A stretch of 64,000 nt of DNA from an uncultured delta proteobacterium (GTDB taxonomy: Bacteria; Desulfobacterota; Syntrophia; Syntrophales; UBA2185). The stretch lies in contig CAVSPA010000010.1 of NCBI GenBank assembly GCA_963729715.1, forward strand, positions 96,001 to 160,000. Reading direction: 5' to 3'. The notes under the pieces are model-generated. The model saw nothing but the letters and a program-made list of their open reading frames with translations, was not told the DNA's origin and did not search any database. Below, piece by piece: positions 18,981 through 28,057 of the stretch; position 1 is the first letter of the stretch; the number at the start of each line of letters is the position of its first letter. A program made the translations under genes and the position numbers.

Positions 18981-19398
18981 CGAGAAACCTTCTCTTCTTC
19001 ACAAACGGATTTGGCATTCCTGATGGACTGAGCATCTCACAAAGCAGTAACCCGAATCATCGGATGGGTTTATTGATAGTCACTTGAAATGTGCAATGGC
19101 TGGTCAGGTCTTTTCTTCGGTTGATAAAATATTGACAACTTCCTCAAGTGTCAGGCAATTTTGACTGGCATACTTTCTTTCAAACGGTAATCCTCATTGA
19201 CTGTTATGAATAAGAAAATATATTGCAACATGTAAAACTTTCTGCTAAGCAGTCTCTGCACCCCACCTGATATCAGAATGAGAACATACTCATTGAAATC
19301 AAGATGGCTGCTTATCTCTCAGGTCTCTACGGAGAAAGAGGCACGCTATTAAGAAAACCAATCCCAAATCGAAAAAGAATGCTGGCCCGCGCATACGG

Positions 19399-21036
19399 GT
19401 GAAAAAAGACACGCCTAAGTCAGTGGAGAGCGGCACTGATATATCTCGCGTTGAAGCGGAAGCGGCGCGTCTGGCCACATTTCCCCAGCTAAACCCCAAT
19501 CCAATCGCCGAACTGGACTTTGCGGGGCAGATCCATTACCTTAACCCCGCTGCCGAGCGATTATTCCCGAATATCAGGCAACGCGGAACAGGGCATCCGT
19601 GGCTGGTAGATTGGGAGTCGTTAGTGCGCAAATTACGTGAAGGCGGGACGAAAGTAATTGTCAGAGAAGTAAGAGTCGGCGCGCGTTGGTGCCAGCAAAC
19701 GTTGCATTTAGTGGAAGAGACCCCGCGCATCCGTATCTACGGAATAGATATTACTGAGCGCAAGCTGGCGGAAGAGGAGCTTAAAAGACTCAACCGGATA
19801 CTCAAGGCTATCAGCGACAGCAGTCAGGCTATGATGCGCAGCACAAATGAAACGGAATTATTGCATGAAGTATGCAGGATCATCGTGGAAGACTGCGGTC
19901 ATGCCATGGTATGGATCGGCTATGCCGAGGATAATGAAGCCAAGACCGTCCGGCCTGTGGCATATGCCGGCTTTGAAGAATGGTATGTCGAAACATTAGA
20001 AATTACCTGGGCGGATACAAAACGTGGCCGCGGCCCCACGGGTACGGCTATCCGTACAGGGAAGCCGAGCGCTTGCACAAATATGCTGACAGACCCACTG
20101 TTCAAGCCATGGCGTGAAGAGGCTACAGAGCGGGGTTATGCATCTTCAATAGTTTTGCCTCTGATGGCTGGCGGCAAGGCCTTCGGCGCGGTAAACATTT
20201 ATTCAAGAGAATCTGATCCATTCTCAGAAGATGAGGTAAAATTACTTACTGAATTAGCCGACGATCTTGCCTATGGAATAATAGTGACCAGGTTCCGCGC
20301 CGAGCGCAAGAAGATGGAGGAAGATCTTAAACACCGCACTTTAGAACTGGAAGCCGTCAACCAGGAACTCGAAAGCTTTAGCTATTCTGTCTCCCACGAC
20401 CTTCGTGCACCTCTCCGCGCCATCGACGGGTATGCGCGCCTGATCCTCAAGAAACAGGGAGATAAGTTTGACCAAGACACCCTCGATAAATTTAACGTGA
20501 TCAGATCAAGCACGCACATGATGGGCCAGCTCATCGACGACCTATTAACCTTCTCCCGCCTGGGGAGGAAACATATATCCCTCACGCAGGTGGAAATGGA
20601 TATCCTTCTGAGAGATGCATGGAAAGAAGTGCAAGCGAGCGACTCGGAGAGGAACATTACGTTTACAGTAAACAGTATCCCGCCGGGCTACGCGGACAGG
20701 GCTCTCATCAAGCAGGTATTGACCAACCTGCTTTCCAACGCTGTTAAATTCACGAAATATAAAGATGCCGCCGAGATCGTTGTGGGGGGCTACGCTGATG
20801 GAAATGAGCACGTGTATTATGTCAGGGATAACGGCGCAGGCTTCGATATGGCCTATTACGATAAACTCTTCGGCGTCTTTCAGAGACTTCACAGCGCGGA
20901 CCAATTTGAAGGCACGGGCGTCGGCCTGGCAACCGTCCAGCGCATCATACACAGGCATGGCGGCAGGGTCTGGGCGGAAGGTAAAGTGAATGAAGGAGCC
21001 ATTTTCCATTTTTCTCTCCCCAAAAGCAGAGAATAG
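19399..21036 (+). CDS. PAS-GAF sensor histidine kinase
   Basis: PAS (NPNPI...YLNPAA), GAF (GRGPTGTAIRTG), H-box SYSVSHDLRAPL, N/G boxes NAVKF, DNGAGF and GTGVGL. Confidence 0.92.
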   Translation: MKKDTPKSVESGTDISRVEAEAARLATFPQLNPNPIAELDFAGQIHYLNPAAERLFPNIRQRGTGHPWLVDWESLVRKLREGGTKVIVREVRVGARWCQQTLHLVEETPRIRIYGIDITERKLAEEELKRLNRILKAISDSSQAMMRSTNETELLHEVCRIIVEDCGHAMVWIGYAEDNEAKTVRPVAYAGFEEWYVETLEITWADTKRGRGPTGTAIRTGKPSACTNMLTDPLFKPWREEATERGYASSIVLPLMAGGKAFGAVNIYSRESDPFSEDEVKLLTELADDLAYGIIVTRFRAERKKMEEDLKHRTLELEAVNQELESFSYSVSHDLRAPLRAIDGYARLILKKQGDKFDQDTLDKFNVIRSSTHMMGQLIDDLLTFSRLGRKHISLTQVEMDILLRDAWKEVQASDSERNITFTVNSIPPGYADRALIKQVLTNLLSNAVKFTKYKDAAEIVVGGYADGNEHVYYVRDNGAGFDMAYYDKLFGVFQRLHSADQFEGTGVGLATVQRIIHRHGGRVWAEGKVNEGAIFHFSLPKSRE

Positions 21037-21281
21037 TATTTGCAGTCGTAAATTAGTAGATTTAGAGGCATTAGGCTTTCTCAAAGAATAATTCTTATAT
21101 TTCCCTCAGAGTTCCTCCGATATCAGATAAGTCAAACACTCCTCACAAATCAGACTTTGAGGCACTTGCGTTAATTTTTCCAAGAGTCTACTATTATGTA
21201 TAAATGATGTAATAGCATTCAAATTCATCCTGATGAAGAAACAAAAGCGTATTACTTTCACAATTCCGAACGAGGTAAAGC

Positions 21282-21719
21282 GTGACTGAAAACGAACCGG
21301 AAATCTTACTTGTAGAGCAGAGCAAATATGACGTGGAGTTTATGCTTAAAGCTCTTGAGAAGTATAATCTGACCGAGAAGGTTAAGGTCTTTCCGGATGG
21401 AGGAGAGGTTCTGGACTATATTTTTGCAACTGGTAAATATTCAGGGTGTGATACTTGCAAGAAACTCAGGGTGATTATACTGGACGTAAAGTTGCCGAAG
21501 GTTGATGGGCTTGAGGTTCTTCAGAGGATCAGGGCCAGCGAGAAGACGAGAATGATTCCCGTAGTCATTTTTTCATCGTCAACGGAAGACCGAGACAGGA
21601 CAGAGGGTTACCGCTTGGGAGTAAACAGCTACGTCATTAAACTCTCCTCTTATGAGAACTTCGTCAATACTGTCGCCGAAATGGGTTCCTACTGGATGTT
21701 GCAGAACATCTCTGCCTGA
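21282..21719 (+). CDS. Single-domain response regulator
   Basis: ILDVKLPKVDGLEVL...IPVVIFSSS...GVNSYVIK. Confidence 0.88.
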   Translation: MTENEPEILLVEQSKYDVEFMLKALEKYNLTEKVKVFPDGGEVLDYIFATGKYSGCDTCKKLRVIILDVKLPKVDGLEVLQRIRASEKTRMIPVVIFSSSTEDRDRTEGYRLGVNSYVIKLSSYENFVNTVAEMGSYWMLQNISA

Positions 21720-21829
21720 TGAAAGCGGATCAAGATGCTTGAGACAAGCCATATTGATGGTGCCTTCCTAATATATCCTCCCCTCAAGTATTAAAGACTT
21801 CGATTTGTAATCGTTGGTATAACCGATGC

Positions 21830-22252
21830 GTGGATACATTGCTGCTTAATGAGACATCCATGGATGTACTAAGGGAGAAGCTAAAGCTTCAGAAAGATGG
21901 CGTTGAACATGTCTTTTACAATCACTTGTTAAGGCCTGTTCAATTTCGGAACCTCATACGCGCATTTGATAAAGCCGTTGAAAAGGCTGGTATAGATGAC
22001 CTGCGCTTCCATGATTTACCACATACTTTTGCTACTCGTCTTGTTCAGGGAGGTGTGGGGATATATGAGGTTCAGAAGCTAGGGAGATGGAAAAGTGTTA
22101 CCATGGTTCAACGATACGCCCACCATTACCCTGAAAGCCTCAGACCGGCAATAGAAGTCATGGATGGCATTAAGAAACCAATTATCACAAATTTATCACA
22201 ATTACAAAAAAATGGGGTTCATAAGCCCCATTTACAACTCGTAACATTTTGA
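21830..22252 (+). pseudogene. C-terminal remnant of the island A tyrosine integrase
   Basis: FHDLPHTFATRL (catalytic HxxR arginine replaced by proline) and MVQRYAH. The N-terminal domains are missing and it abuts att core 2. Confidence 0.85.
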
Positions 22253-22257
22253 TATTG

Positions 22258-22306
22258 CTGGTGGGCCGTATGGGACTTGAACCCACGACCAACGGATTAA
22301 AAGTCC
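22258..22306 (-). repeat. att core 2: 49-bp copy of the tRNA-Lys 3' portion (junction of islands A and B)
   Basis: Identical to 36061-36109. Confidence 0.96.
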
Positions 22307-22435
22307 ATACTGATGAAAATTGAGCACCGATGGGGATTGCAGGAATAGCCTGTGATCCCCATTTTTTTATTTATTTAAATGGTGACTTCTATTTTCATTT
22401 TTGTTGACTTTTGTCGAATAGTTTTTAATGGTAAT

Positions 22436-22454
22436 GGTTACAGATAGCGTTACA
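22436..22454 (+). repeat. Putative integrase arm-type sites of island B (left)
   Basis: GGTTACA-N5-CGTTACA has a 12-bp period, matching CGTTACA-N5-CGTTACA at 35985-36003. Confidence 0.65.
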
Positions 22455-22535
22455 TTCCGGGGATAGGGAGCGGCCCCGAATGGCGGTTTTCCTGGACCGT
22501 TTGACCCGGGCAGACAACAGAGCCGCCCTGATCGT

Positions 22536-23489
22536 TCATTGCTTGCGTCTAAAGGAATATCCTACTTTTTCTCCTATCTCTTTCAGGGACAAACCCTTTT
22601 TTCTCAAACGTTGAAGTCTTCTCTGGGTGCTTTTGATCTTTTGGCCAGCCGGGGTCAATCTCTTAGCCATAAGCGCGAGGGCTTTCTTTTCTGTCAATGC
22701 CCGATTAAGGTCTGTTATCTTATCCAGAAAATCTTCTGATTTCTCGTAGCGCCAGTTGCTCCGCTTTGGAGCGAGCTTGCCCGTATTAATCCAGGCATAA
22801 ACCGTTGTCCTTGGAATTTCATTATTCATTTTATCGGTAAAATACTTGCGATTATAGACCCTGACATGCGCGTCGAATCTCTCCTTCCCGTCGAACGCTT
22901 CTTTTGAATTTTCTCTTGTTTCGTCATTTTGTGCCCGTTCACCCATAGATATAAAGTGCATGAAGGACCGTAAGGCCTTTGCCGTCGGAGGGATTGAAAA
23001 TGTTTGGAGTCGCTCAAGAGTGTTTGTCGGGAAATCGTTGCTCCCGGAGAAAGCGGTCAAAGCTTGATAAAAGACTTCTTTATCTGCAAGGCCGTCATGG
23101 TAGAGATAAAGCGCGGTCTGTAGTGTTATAGATTTTTTGTCTGGACGGCCAGGATCAACGACAAGGAGATTTTGATAAGGCAGTCGACCGGAAAGACTTG
23201 CCTTGAATCTCTTGACACCTTTCTTCCGCGTGTCATGGAATATTGATTCTTTCAACGGGCCTCGATGTATTGCCAAGCGAATGTTTTTCTTGTTGGGAAG
23301 CTGACCCATCAAATAGAAATGATCACCTTCTTCGTATATACGTAACTTACACGGTTTATTGTAAACGCTCGGATATTCTGCTTTCAATTCCTCCTTTCTC
23401 TGAAGGATGTACTTGTTAACTGTAGCCTTAAAGGCCCTCGAGTGCCCCACAATTTGATCTGCAATATACTTAATCCCTGAAATGTCCAT
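22536..23489 (-). CDS. Hypothetical protein with probable C-terminal HTH (candidate regulator)
   Basis: IPRTTVYAWI and KGLSLKEIGEKVGYS HTH-like segments; divergent from the replication operon. Confidence 0.55.
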   Translation of the reverse strand: MDISGIKYIADQIVGHSRAFKATVNKYILQRKEELKAEYPSVYNKPCKLRIYEEGDHFYLMGQLPNKKNIRLAIHRGPLKESIFHDTRKKGVKRFKASLSGRLPYQNLLVVDPGRPDKKSITLQTALYLYHDGLADKEVFYQALTAFSGSNDFPTNTLERLQTFSIPPTAKALRSFMHFISMGERAQNDETRENSKEAFDGKERFDAHVRVYNRKYFTDKMNNEIPRTTVYAWINTGKLAPKRSNWRYEKSEDFLDKITDLNRALTEKKALALMAKRLTPAGQKIKSTQRRLQRLRKKGLSLKEIGEKVGYSFRRKQ

Positions 23490-23559
23490 GAGTCATGCTC
23501 AATGTCGCTTTTGGTAATTAATAGCCTATGAGTAAAAGAAAGGCAAGGAGAAACAAAAT

Positions 23560-23805
23560 ATGGACAAAGAAAGGTATGTTCCGTTGAGAGACTGGAGTCG
23601 CCTGAAGCTTTTTGGTTTTCCATGGCAGAAGTCGTACGTATATAAATTGATTCACCGGAAGGAGTATCCGCAGCTCTTCCTAAAAATAGGCGGTGTTGTA
23701 GTTGTGGATCTGAATGCTTTGGAAAAAATAATTTCGTCTGCATCGTGCTCGACAAGGGAAAATGTGCCTGAGAAGGAGGAGCCGAACACGTGTGGCCTAA
23801 GTTAG
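23560..23805 (+). CDS. Small AlpA/MerR-like DNA-binding protein
   Basis: AGGAG RBS; KSYVYKLIHRKEYP...KIGG..VVD pattern. Confidence 0.5.
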   Translation: MDKERYVPLRDWSRLKLFGFPWQKSYVYKLIHRKEYPQLFLKIGGVVVVDLNALEKIISSASCSTRENVPEKEEPNTCGLS

Positions 23806-24008
23806 TTTTTATTTTCAGCGAAAAGGGGCTCGAGCGATTGCGGATTTTTGGAAAGACGCCCGAGGAGAAGAAAAGAGGTGAGGATTTGATTTCGCGGCTG
23901 GAGATTGGGTTGGTCCTCATCGACTATGAGCTTCGGGGTGAGCTCGATAAACTGCGTGAAATCCTGGGCTCTACAGAGCTTGCTGATGGCGGGCGGCAGA
24001 GGCATTGA
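23790..24008 (+). CDS. Hypothetical protein
   Basis: AGGAGG RBS; in the operon. Confidence 0.5.
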   Translation: MWPKLVFIFSEKGLERLRIFGKTPEEKKRGEDLISRLEIGLVLIDYELRGELDKLREILGSTELADGGRQRH

Positions 24009-24029
24009 TAAGGAAGGGGGAATATTATT

Positions 24030-24266
24030 GTGAGTAGTGTAATTGTTCACGAGGGAGGTTTTGTAGAGGTGGAAATTGACCAGGGCCTGCTTGTCCTAAC
24101 AGAGCAGGAATATAAAAAGGCTCTTAAACGTGGCGAGCCTGTTCTCAGAAACCGACAAAGGACCCCGGTACCATTAAAGAGGGTGCTACTCGATGTTGTT
24201 AAGAAATGTCAAGGTTTAGGGCGCTATGTCATTCCAGCCAACCAAAAAGTTCCGGCGCGAATATAG
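24030..24266 (+). CDS. Hypothetical protein
   Basis: In the operon with an RBS upstream. Confidence 0.45.
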   Translation: MSSVIVHEGGFVEVEIDQGLLVLTEQEYKKALKRGEPVLRNRQRTPVPLKRVLLDVVKKCQGLGRYVIPANQKVPARI

Positions 24267-24420
24267 GCAACTCTTCCGGCAGGACCCGGCCGCAGCGAAT
24301 CTCTTTCTTTTGCTTGCCGAGCTCGCTGATAAGAGGGGCCGGATTGTTACTGATGAGAAGGAGCTCGCCGTCTTGATGGCTGCGCGTTTTGAAGATCCCA
24401 AGGAGTATGCACTGAAATGA
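24226..24420 (+). CDS. Hypothetical protein
   Basis: ATGA overlap with the replication initiator. Confidence 0.5.
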   Translation: MSFQPTKKFRREYRQLFRQDPAAANLFLLLAELADKRGRIVTDEKELAVLMAARFEDPKEYALK

Positions 24421-25202
24421 ACCGGGGTTATATTAAACTGTGGCGCAAGCTGCTCGATGCCGGGTGGCTCAAGAACCATCGTACCTGTGTCTTCTGGATA
24501 TATTGTCTATTAAAGGCATCACATAAAGCATACACGGTGATTGTCGGGACTCAGGCCGTTGATTTACTCCCCGGACAATTCGTCTTTGGACTGAGGAAAG
24601 CCGCTGATGAAACGGGCCTTACCGTCCGGCAAATCCGCACCTGTATTGCATTTCTAATTTCTACGCAAAATATGACAATCAAAACGACAAACAGATTTTC
24701 GATAATTACCATTGTAAATTGGGATATTTATCAACCTGCCAAAATCGAAAACGACACACAGAACGACAAACCATCGACAAGCAAACGGCAACATACAATA
24801 AGTAGAGAAGTTAAAAATAATATATATAGTCAGAATTCTCTCGAGGTCCTTTCCTATCTAAATGAGAAGACTGGTCGTAAATATCGTGATGCTTCCCATA
24901 TAGAAGCTCGTCTCAAGGACGGGGGCACTATTGCAGAATGTAAGCAGATCATCGACGCAAAGCTGACAGACCGTTACTTCATTGATAACCCCAAATATCT
25001 AAATCCCGTTACGCTGTTCCGCAAGTCTCATTGGGATAAGTATGTCAACGAGGGTCCGGTCCCGACAAAGACAGAGGCACCATCACCTCTTACTTGCCCC
25101 CGCTGCGGGCAACGCATCGTGGTCGAGGCTGATTTACGGGAAGGGGGCTGCGTTCATTGCCTTCGCAGATTAGAAAGCGCGAGACCGAGTAGGGGTAACT
25201 GA
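24417..25202 (+). CDS. Phage-type replication initiator (replisome organiser with conserved phage C-terminal domain)
   Basis: GYIKLWRK...GQFV...SIITIVNWDIYQ at the N-terminus; VLSYLNEKTGRKY...KYLNPVTLF at the C-terminus; coupled to dnaB. Confidence 0.8.
   Translation: MNRGYIKLWRKLLDAGWLKNHRTCVFWIYCLLKASHKAYTVIVGTQAVDLLPGQFVFGLRKAADETGLTVRQIRTCIAFLISTQNMTIKTTNRFSIITIVNWDIYQPAKIENDTQNDKPSTSKRQHTISREVKNNIYSQNSLEVLSYLNEKTGRKYRDASHIEARLKDGGTIAECKQIIDAKLTDRYFIDNPKYLNPVTLFRKSHWDKYVNEGPVPTKTEAPSPLTCPRCGQRIVVEADLREGGCVHCLRRLESARPSRGN
24750..24830 (+). other. Putative replication origin (iterons plus AT-rich tract) inside the initiator gene
   Basis: AACGACA, AACGACA, ATCGACA and AACGGCA at 24750, 24762, 24773 and 24784, followed by an AT-rich run. 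Confidence 0.55.
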
Positions 25203-26581
25203 TGACTCGCAATAATAATATATCTCAACATCGTACACCACCCCACAGTCTTGAAGCCGAGCGTGCTGTTCTTGGAGGCATGCTCCTGGATAATAAGGCA
25301 GCCCCTATAGCCTTGACGCACCTGGACGCAGAGGGAAAAGACTTTTATTCAGAAGCGAACCGGACCATCTTTAAGACCGCCCTCAGCCTGATTGAAAAAG
25401 GCTTCTGTGATTCCCTCCTCCTTATCAATGCCCTCAGAGACAGAGGCACGCTCGATAAGGTCGGCGGTGCAAGTTATCTTGCGAGTCTTTATGACGACGC
25501 CATATCAAGCGCGAACATCGAGCATTATGCCCGGATCATCCGAGAGAAGTCTCTTGCTCGGGCCCTGATCGGTGCAGCTCAGTCCATCCTCGAGCTGGCC
25601 TATTCTCCGAATGGAACAGGCGCAGCGGAGTTACTGGAAGAAGCTCAGAGGTCCGTCTTTGAAATTGCCGCATCGGGGAAGAAATCAGATATCCGGAAAG
25701 CGCGAGAAGTAGCGTCAAAGGCTTTTTCTATCATCGAGAAACGGTATCAGCAAGGGGATGAACTGATCGGAATCAGCACGGGCCTGAAAGACCTGGATGA
25801 TATTACCTTGGGTTTGCAGGACTCCGAACTTGTTATTGTCGCGGGAAGGCCAGGCATGGGGAAGACAGCCCTTGCCGTCAATATTGCCGAGCATGCAGCC
25901 CTGGAGGATGTGCCTACCGCGATCTTCTCGCTCGAAATGTCGGCTGAATCTTTGATGCTCCGGATCTTTGCAGGAATGTCCGGGATCGATGCAAGGCAGA
26001 TCAGGCGCGGATTAATCGGGGAAGCCGAGTGGCCGCGTCTTGTGCAGGTTGCAGGTTTGATCGGAATGGCGCCGCTATTCATAGACGACTCTCCCGGGCT
26101 CACCCCCTTAGAACTGAAAGCCAGGGCACGGCGGCTGAAACATGAACACGGAATCGGACTCCTCATTCTTGATTACCTGCAGTTGATGAGAGGTACATCA
26201 AAACGAGAGAGCCGGGAACAGGAGATTGCTGAGATCAGCCGTTCATTGAAAGCTCTGGCCAGGGAATTGGAAATCCCGGTTATAGCCTGCTCTCAGTTGA
26301 ACAGGCAGGTTGAAAACCGATCAGACAGGCGACCAGGGCTTGCAGACCTCAGAGAATCCGGCGCGATTGAGCAGGATGCAGACGTGATCATGTTCTTATA
26401 CAGGGATGAGATTTACAACAAGTCTGAAAACAATCCTGAAAAGGGAGTCGCTGAGATCATCATCGGCAAGCAGAGGAACGGCCCTTCAGGATACAGGACC
26501 AGGGTACAGTTCCAGACGGAGATTCAGAAGTTCCGGGATCTCGCAAGGCAGGAGTCGAAAGAGGACCGGCGATATAGATAA
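25202..26581 (+). CDS. dnaB: Replicative DNA helicase (element-encoded)
   Basis: PPHSLEAERAVLG, GRPGMGKT, FSLEMS, LDYLQLM, SQLNR, DLRESGAIEQDAD and KQRNGP. Confidence 0.96.
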   Translation: MTRNNNISQHRTPPHSLEAERAVLGGMLLDNKAAPIALTHLDAEGKDFYSEANRTIFKTALSLIEKGFCDSLLLINALRDRGTLDKVGGASYLASLYDDAISSANIEHYARIIREKSLARALIGAAQSILELAYSPNGTGAAELLEEAQRSVFEIAASGKKSDIRKAREVASKAFSIIEKRYQQGDELIGISTGLKDLDDITLGLQDSELVIVAGRPGMGKTALAVNIAEHAALEDVPTAIFSLEMSAESLMLRIFAGMSGIDARQIRRGLIGEAEWPRLVQVAGLIGMAPLFIDDSPGLTPLELKARARRLKHEHGIGLLILDYLQLMRGTSKRESREQEIAEISRSLKALARELEIPVIACSQLNRQVENRSDRRPGLADLRESGAIEQDADVIMFLYRDEIYNKSENNPEKGVAEIIIGKQRNGPSGYRTRVQFQTEIQKFRDLARQESKEDRRYR

Positions 26582-26609
26582 GGCGAAAATACCGTTACAC
26601 AGGCGTTAC

Positions 26610-26849
26610 ATGATGAAGGAAACCCGCACCGACAAAGGAACACAGAAGGACGCACGGATTGGTAATCCAATTCCGAAACGCCTCTTTAATCTTAAAGAGG
26701 CTGCTGCATACCTTGGCCGGCCAGTGTCCGGAGTCCGCACCCTGATTTGGAATGGCCGGTTGCAATATATCCAGGAAGGGAAAAAGCAGTATATCGATCT
26801 GAGAGACTTGGATAATTACGTCGATCGCAATAAACAAACGATGATTTAG
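26610..26849 (+). CDS. Excisionase-family HTH protein
   Basis: KRLFNLKEAAAYLG...VRTLIWNGRL...IDLRDLD. Confidence 0.78.
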   Translation: MMKETRTDKGTQKDARIGNPIPKRLFNLKEAAAYLGRPVSGVRTLIWNGRLQYIQEGKKQYIDLRDLDNYVDRNKQTMI

Positions 26850-26864
26850 GAAAGGAGAGACATC

Positions 26865-28046
26865 ATGAGTGGCGTACTTGGTAGCATAGGAAACACATTA
26901 TTCGGCAGCTCGCAGAATGCGCAGCAGACGGGCTCGACAACACCAACGTTTGCATCGCAGGGGCAATCGGATTTATTTAATCAGCTGACACAGCTTCTGA
27001 GCGGCCAGTTGGGACAGGGCGTCCCGACGTATACAGGCCAAACGGGTCAATCAACGGCAGCCGGAACGCAGCCCCTTCAGAATCTGTCTTACGACATGAT
27101 TCAGCAGCTGTTGGGCCAGTATCCGGGCGGCGCTTCGAGCATACCGCAAACCTCCCAGGCGGGCGGCGTCTTGAGCAATATACTCAATACCGGCTTGGCA
27201 TCGAACGTGTCTCAAGCTCCGACCTACGCGCAAGGTGCCGGGACCCTTGATACCCTCCTGCAGAATTGGGACCCCAAATCGGCCACGCAAATGTGGCAGA
27301 GCACGTATGTCAACCCCGCTCTCGACACATGGAAGAAAGACGTGGCGCCGGCGATCAACGAACAGTTCATTGGAATGAATGCCGAGCGTTCACAGGCCGA
27401 CCCTGACGCCCTGGCCAAGTCTCTGGGTACGGTGCAGACGAATCTCCAGGGCCAGCTTGCAAACATTCTTTACAGCGGGCAACAGGCGAATCTACAGCAG
27501 CAGCAGACCGGCGTGAACCAAGCGCTTCAGTATGCAGAACTTCCGCTTTCATTGTCGCAAAATGCGGCTAACCTACAGGCCCAAGGAGTTACTCAGGCAG
27601 GTCAATACGGCACGAACATACTTGACAGTATCATGCAGGAAATCGGAACGGGTCTGTCCGGAGGTTCTACACAATATGGCGTAGCCCAGAATCAGGCCAC
27701 GGCCGGTTATCAGAACTGGCTGTCAGGACAGGGTTACAGCAATCCCTATCTGTCATATCTCCAGCAAGCTTTAGGCAATACCTACGGAGCGCAGCCGATC
27801 GTACAGGGGCCGCAGACGACGCCGGGGCTTCTTTCCTCCATACTCCCAGGGCTGAGTACCGGGCTCGGCTTAGGAATGGGCAGTAACTTGGCTGGCAGCG
27901 GTTCGAGCTTAAGTGCTTTGTTAAATAGCTTAATGGGTAGCAGCGGCGGAAGTTCTCCATTATCTCTATTAACTCCACAGTCCGCACTCACAACTCAAGC
28001 CGGTGGTCCTTTCTCGGTATTATCAGACCTTGCACTTGCACCATAA
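26865..28046 (+). CDS. Gln/Gly/Ser-rich protein, putative phage DNA pilot/ejection protein
   Basis: AGGAG RBS. Starts GVLGSIGNTLFGSS, has Q-rich low complexity, a Gly-rich hydrophobic C-terminus and very few charged residues. Compositional inference only. Confidence 0.5.
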   Translation: MSGVLGSIGNTLFGSSQNAQQTGSTTPTFASQGQSDLFNQLTQLLSGQLGQGVPTYTGQTGQSTAAGTQPLQNLSYDMIQQLLGQYPGGASSIPQTSQAGGVLSNILNTGLASNVSQAPTYAQGAGTLDTLLQNWDPKSATQMWQSTYVNPALDTWKKDVAPAINEQFIGMNAERSQADPDALAKSLGTVQTNLQGQLANILYSGQQANLQQQQTGVNQALQYAELPLSLSQNAANLQAQGVTQAGQYGTNILDSIMQEIGTGLSGGSTQYGVAQNQATAGYQNWLSGQGYSNPYLSYLQQALGNTYGAQPIVQGPQTTPGLLSSILPGLSTGLGLGMGSNLAGSGSSLSALLNSLMGSSGGSSPLSLLTPQSALTTQAGGPFSVLSDLALAP

Positions 28047-28057
28047 GGAGGTAAATC

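Larger units (their letters stand above)
4764..22306. mobile_element. Island A: degenerate integrative element, about 17.5 kb, at tRNA-Lys
   Basis: Bounded by att cores 1 and 2. An integrase remnant lies next to core 2 and matching arm-like repeats lie near both ends. Cargo includes an IS, a TA pair and AT-rich genes. Confidence 0.88.

Noticed and set aside
4764..22306. Additional tRNA genes at 4764 and 22258
   Set aside because: Only the 3' 47-49 bp are present; the D-arm and 5' acceptor strand are missing, so these are att cores.
25202..26581. Host chromosomal dnaB
   Set aside because: It lies inside an att-bounded element and is coupled to a phage-type initiator.
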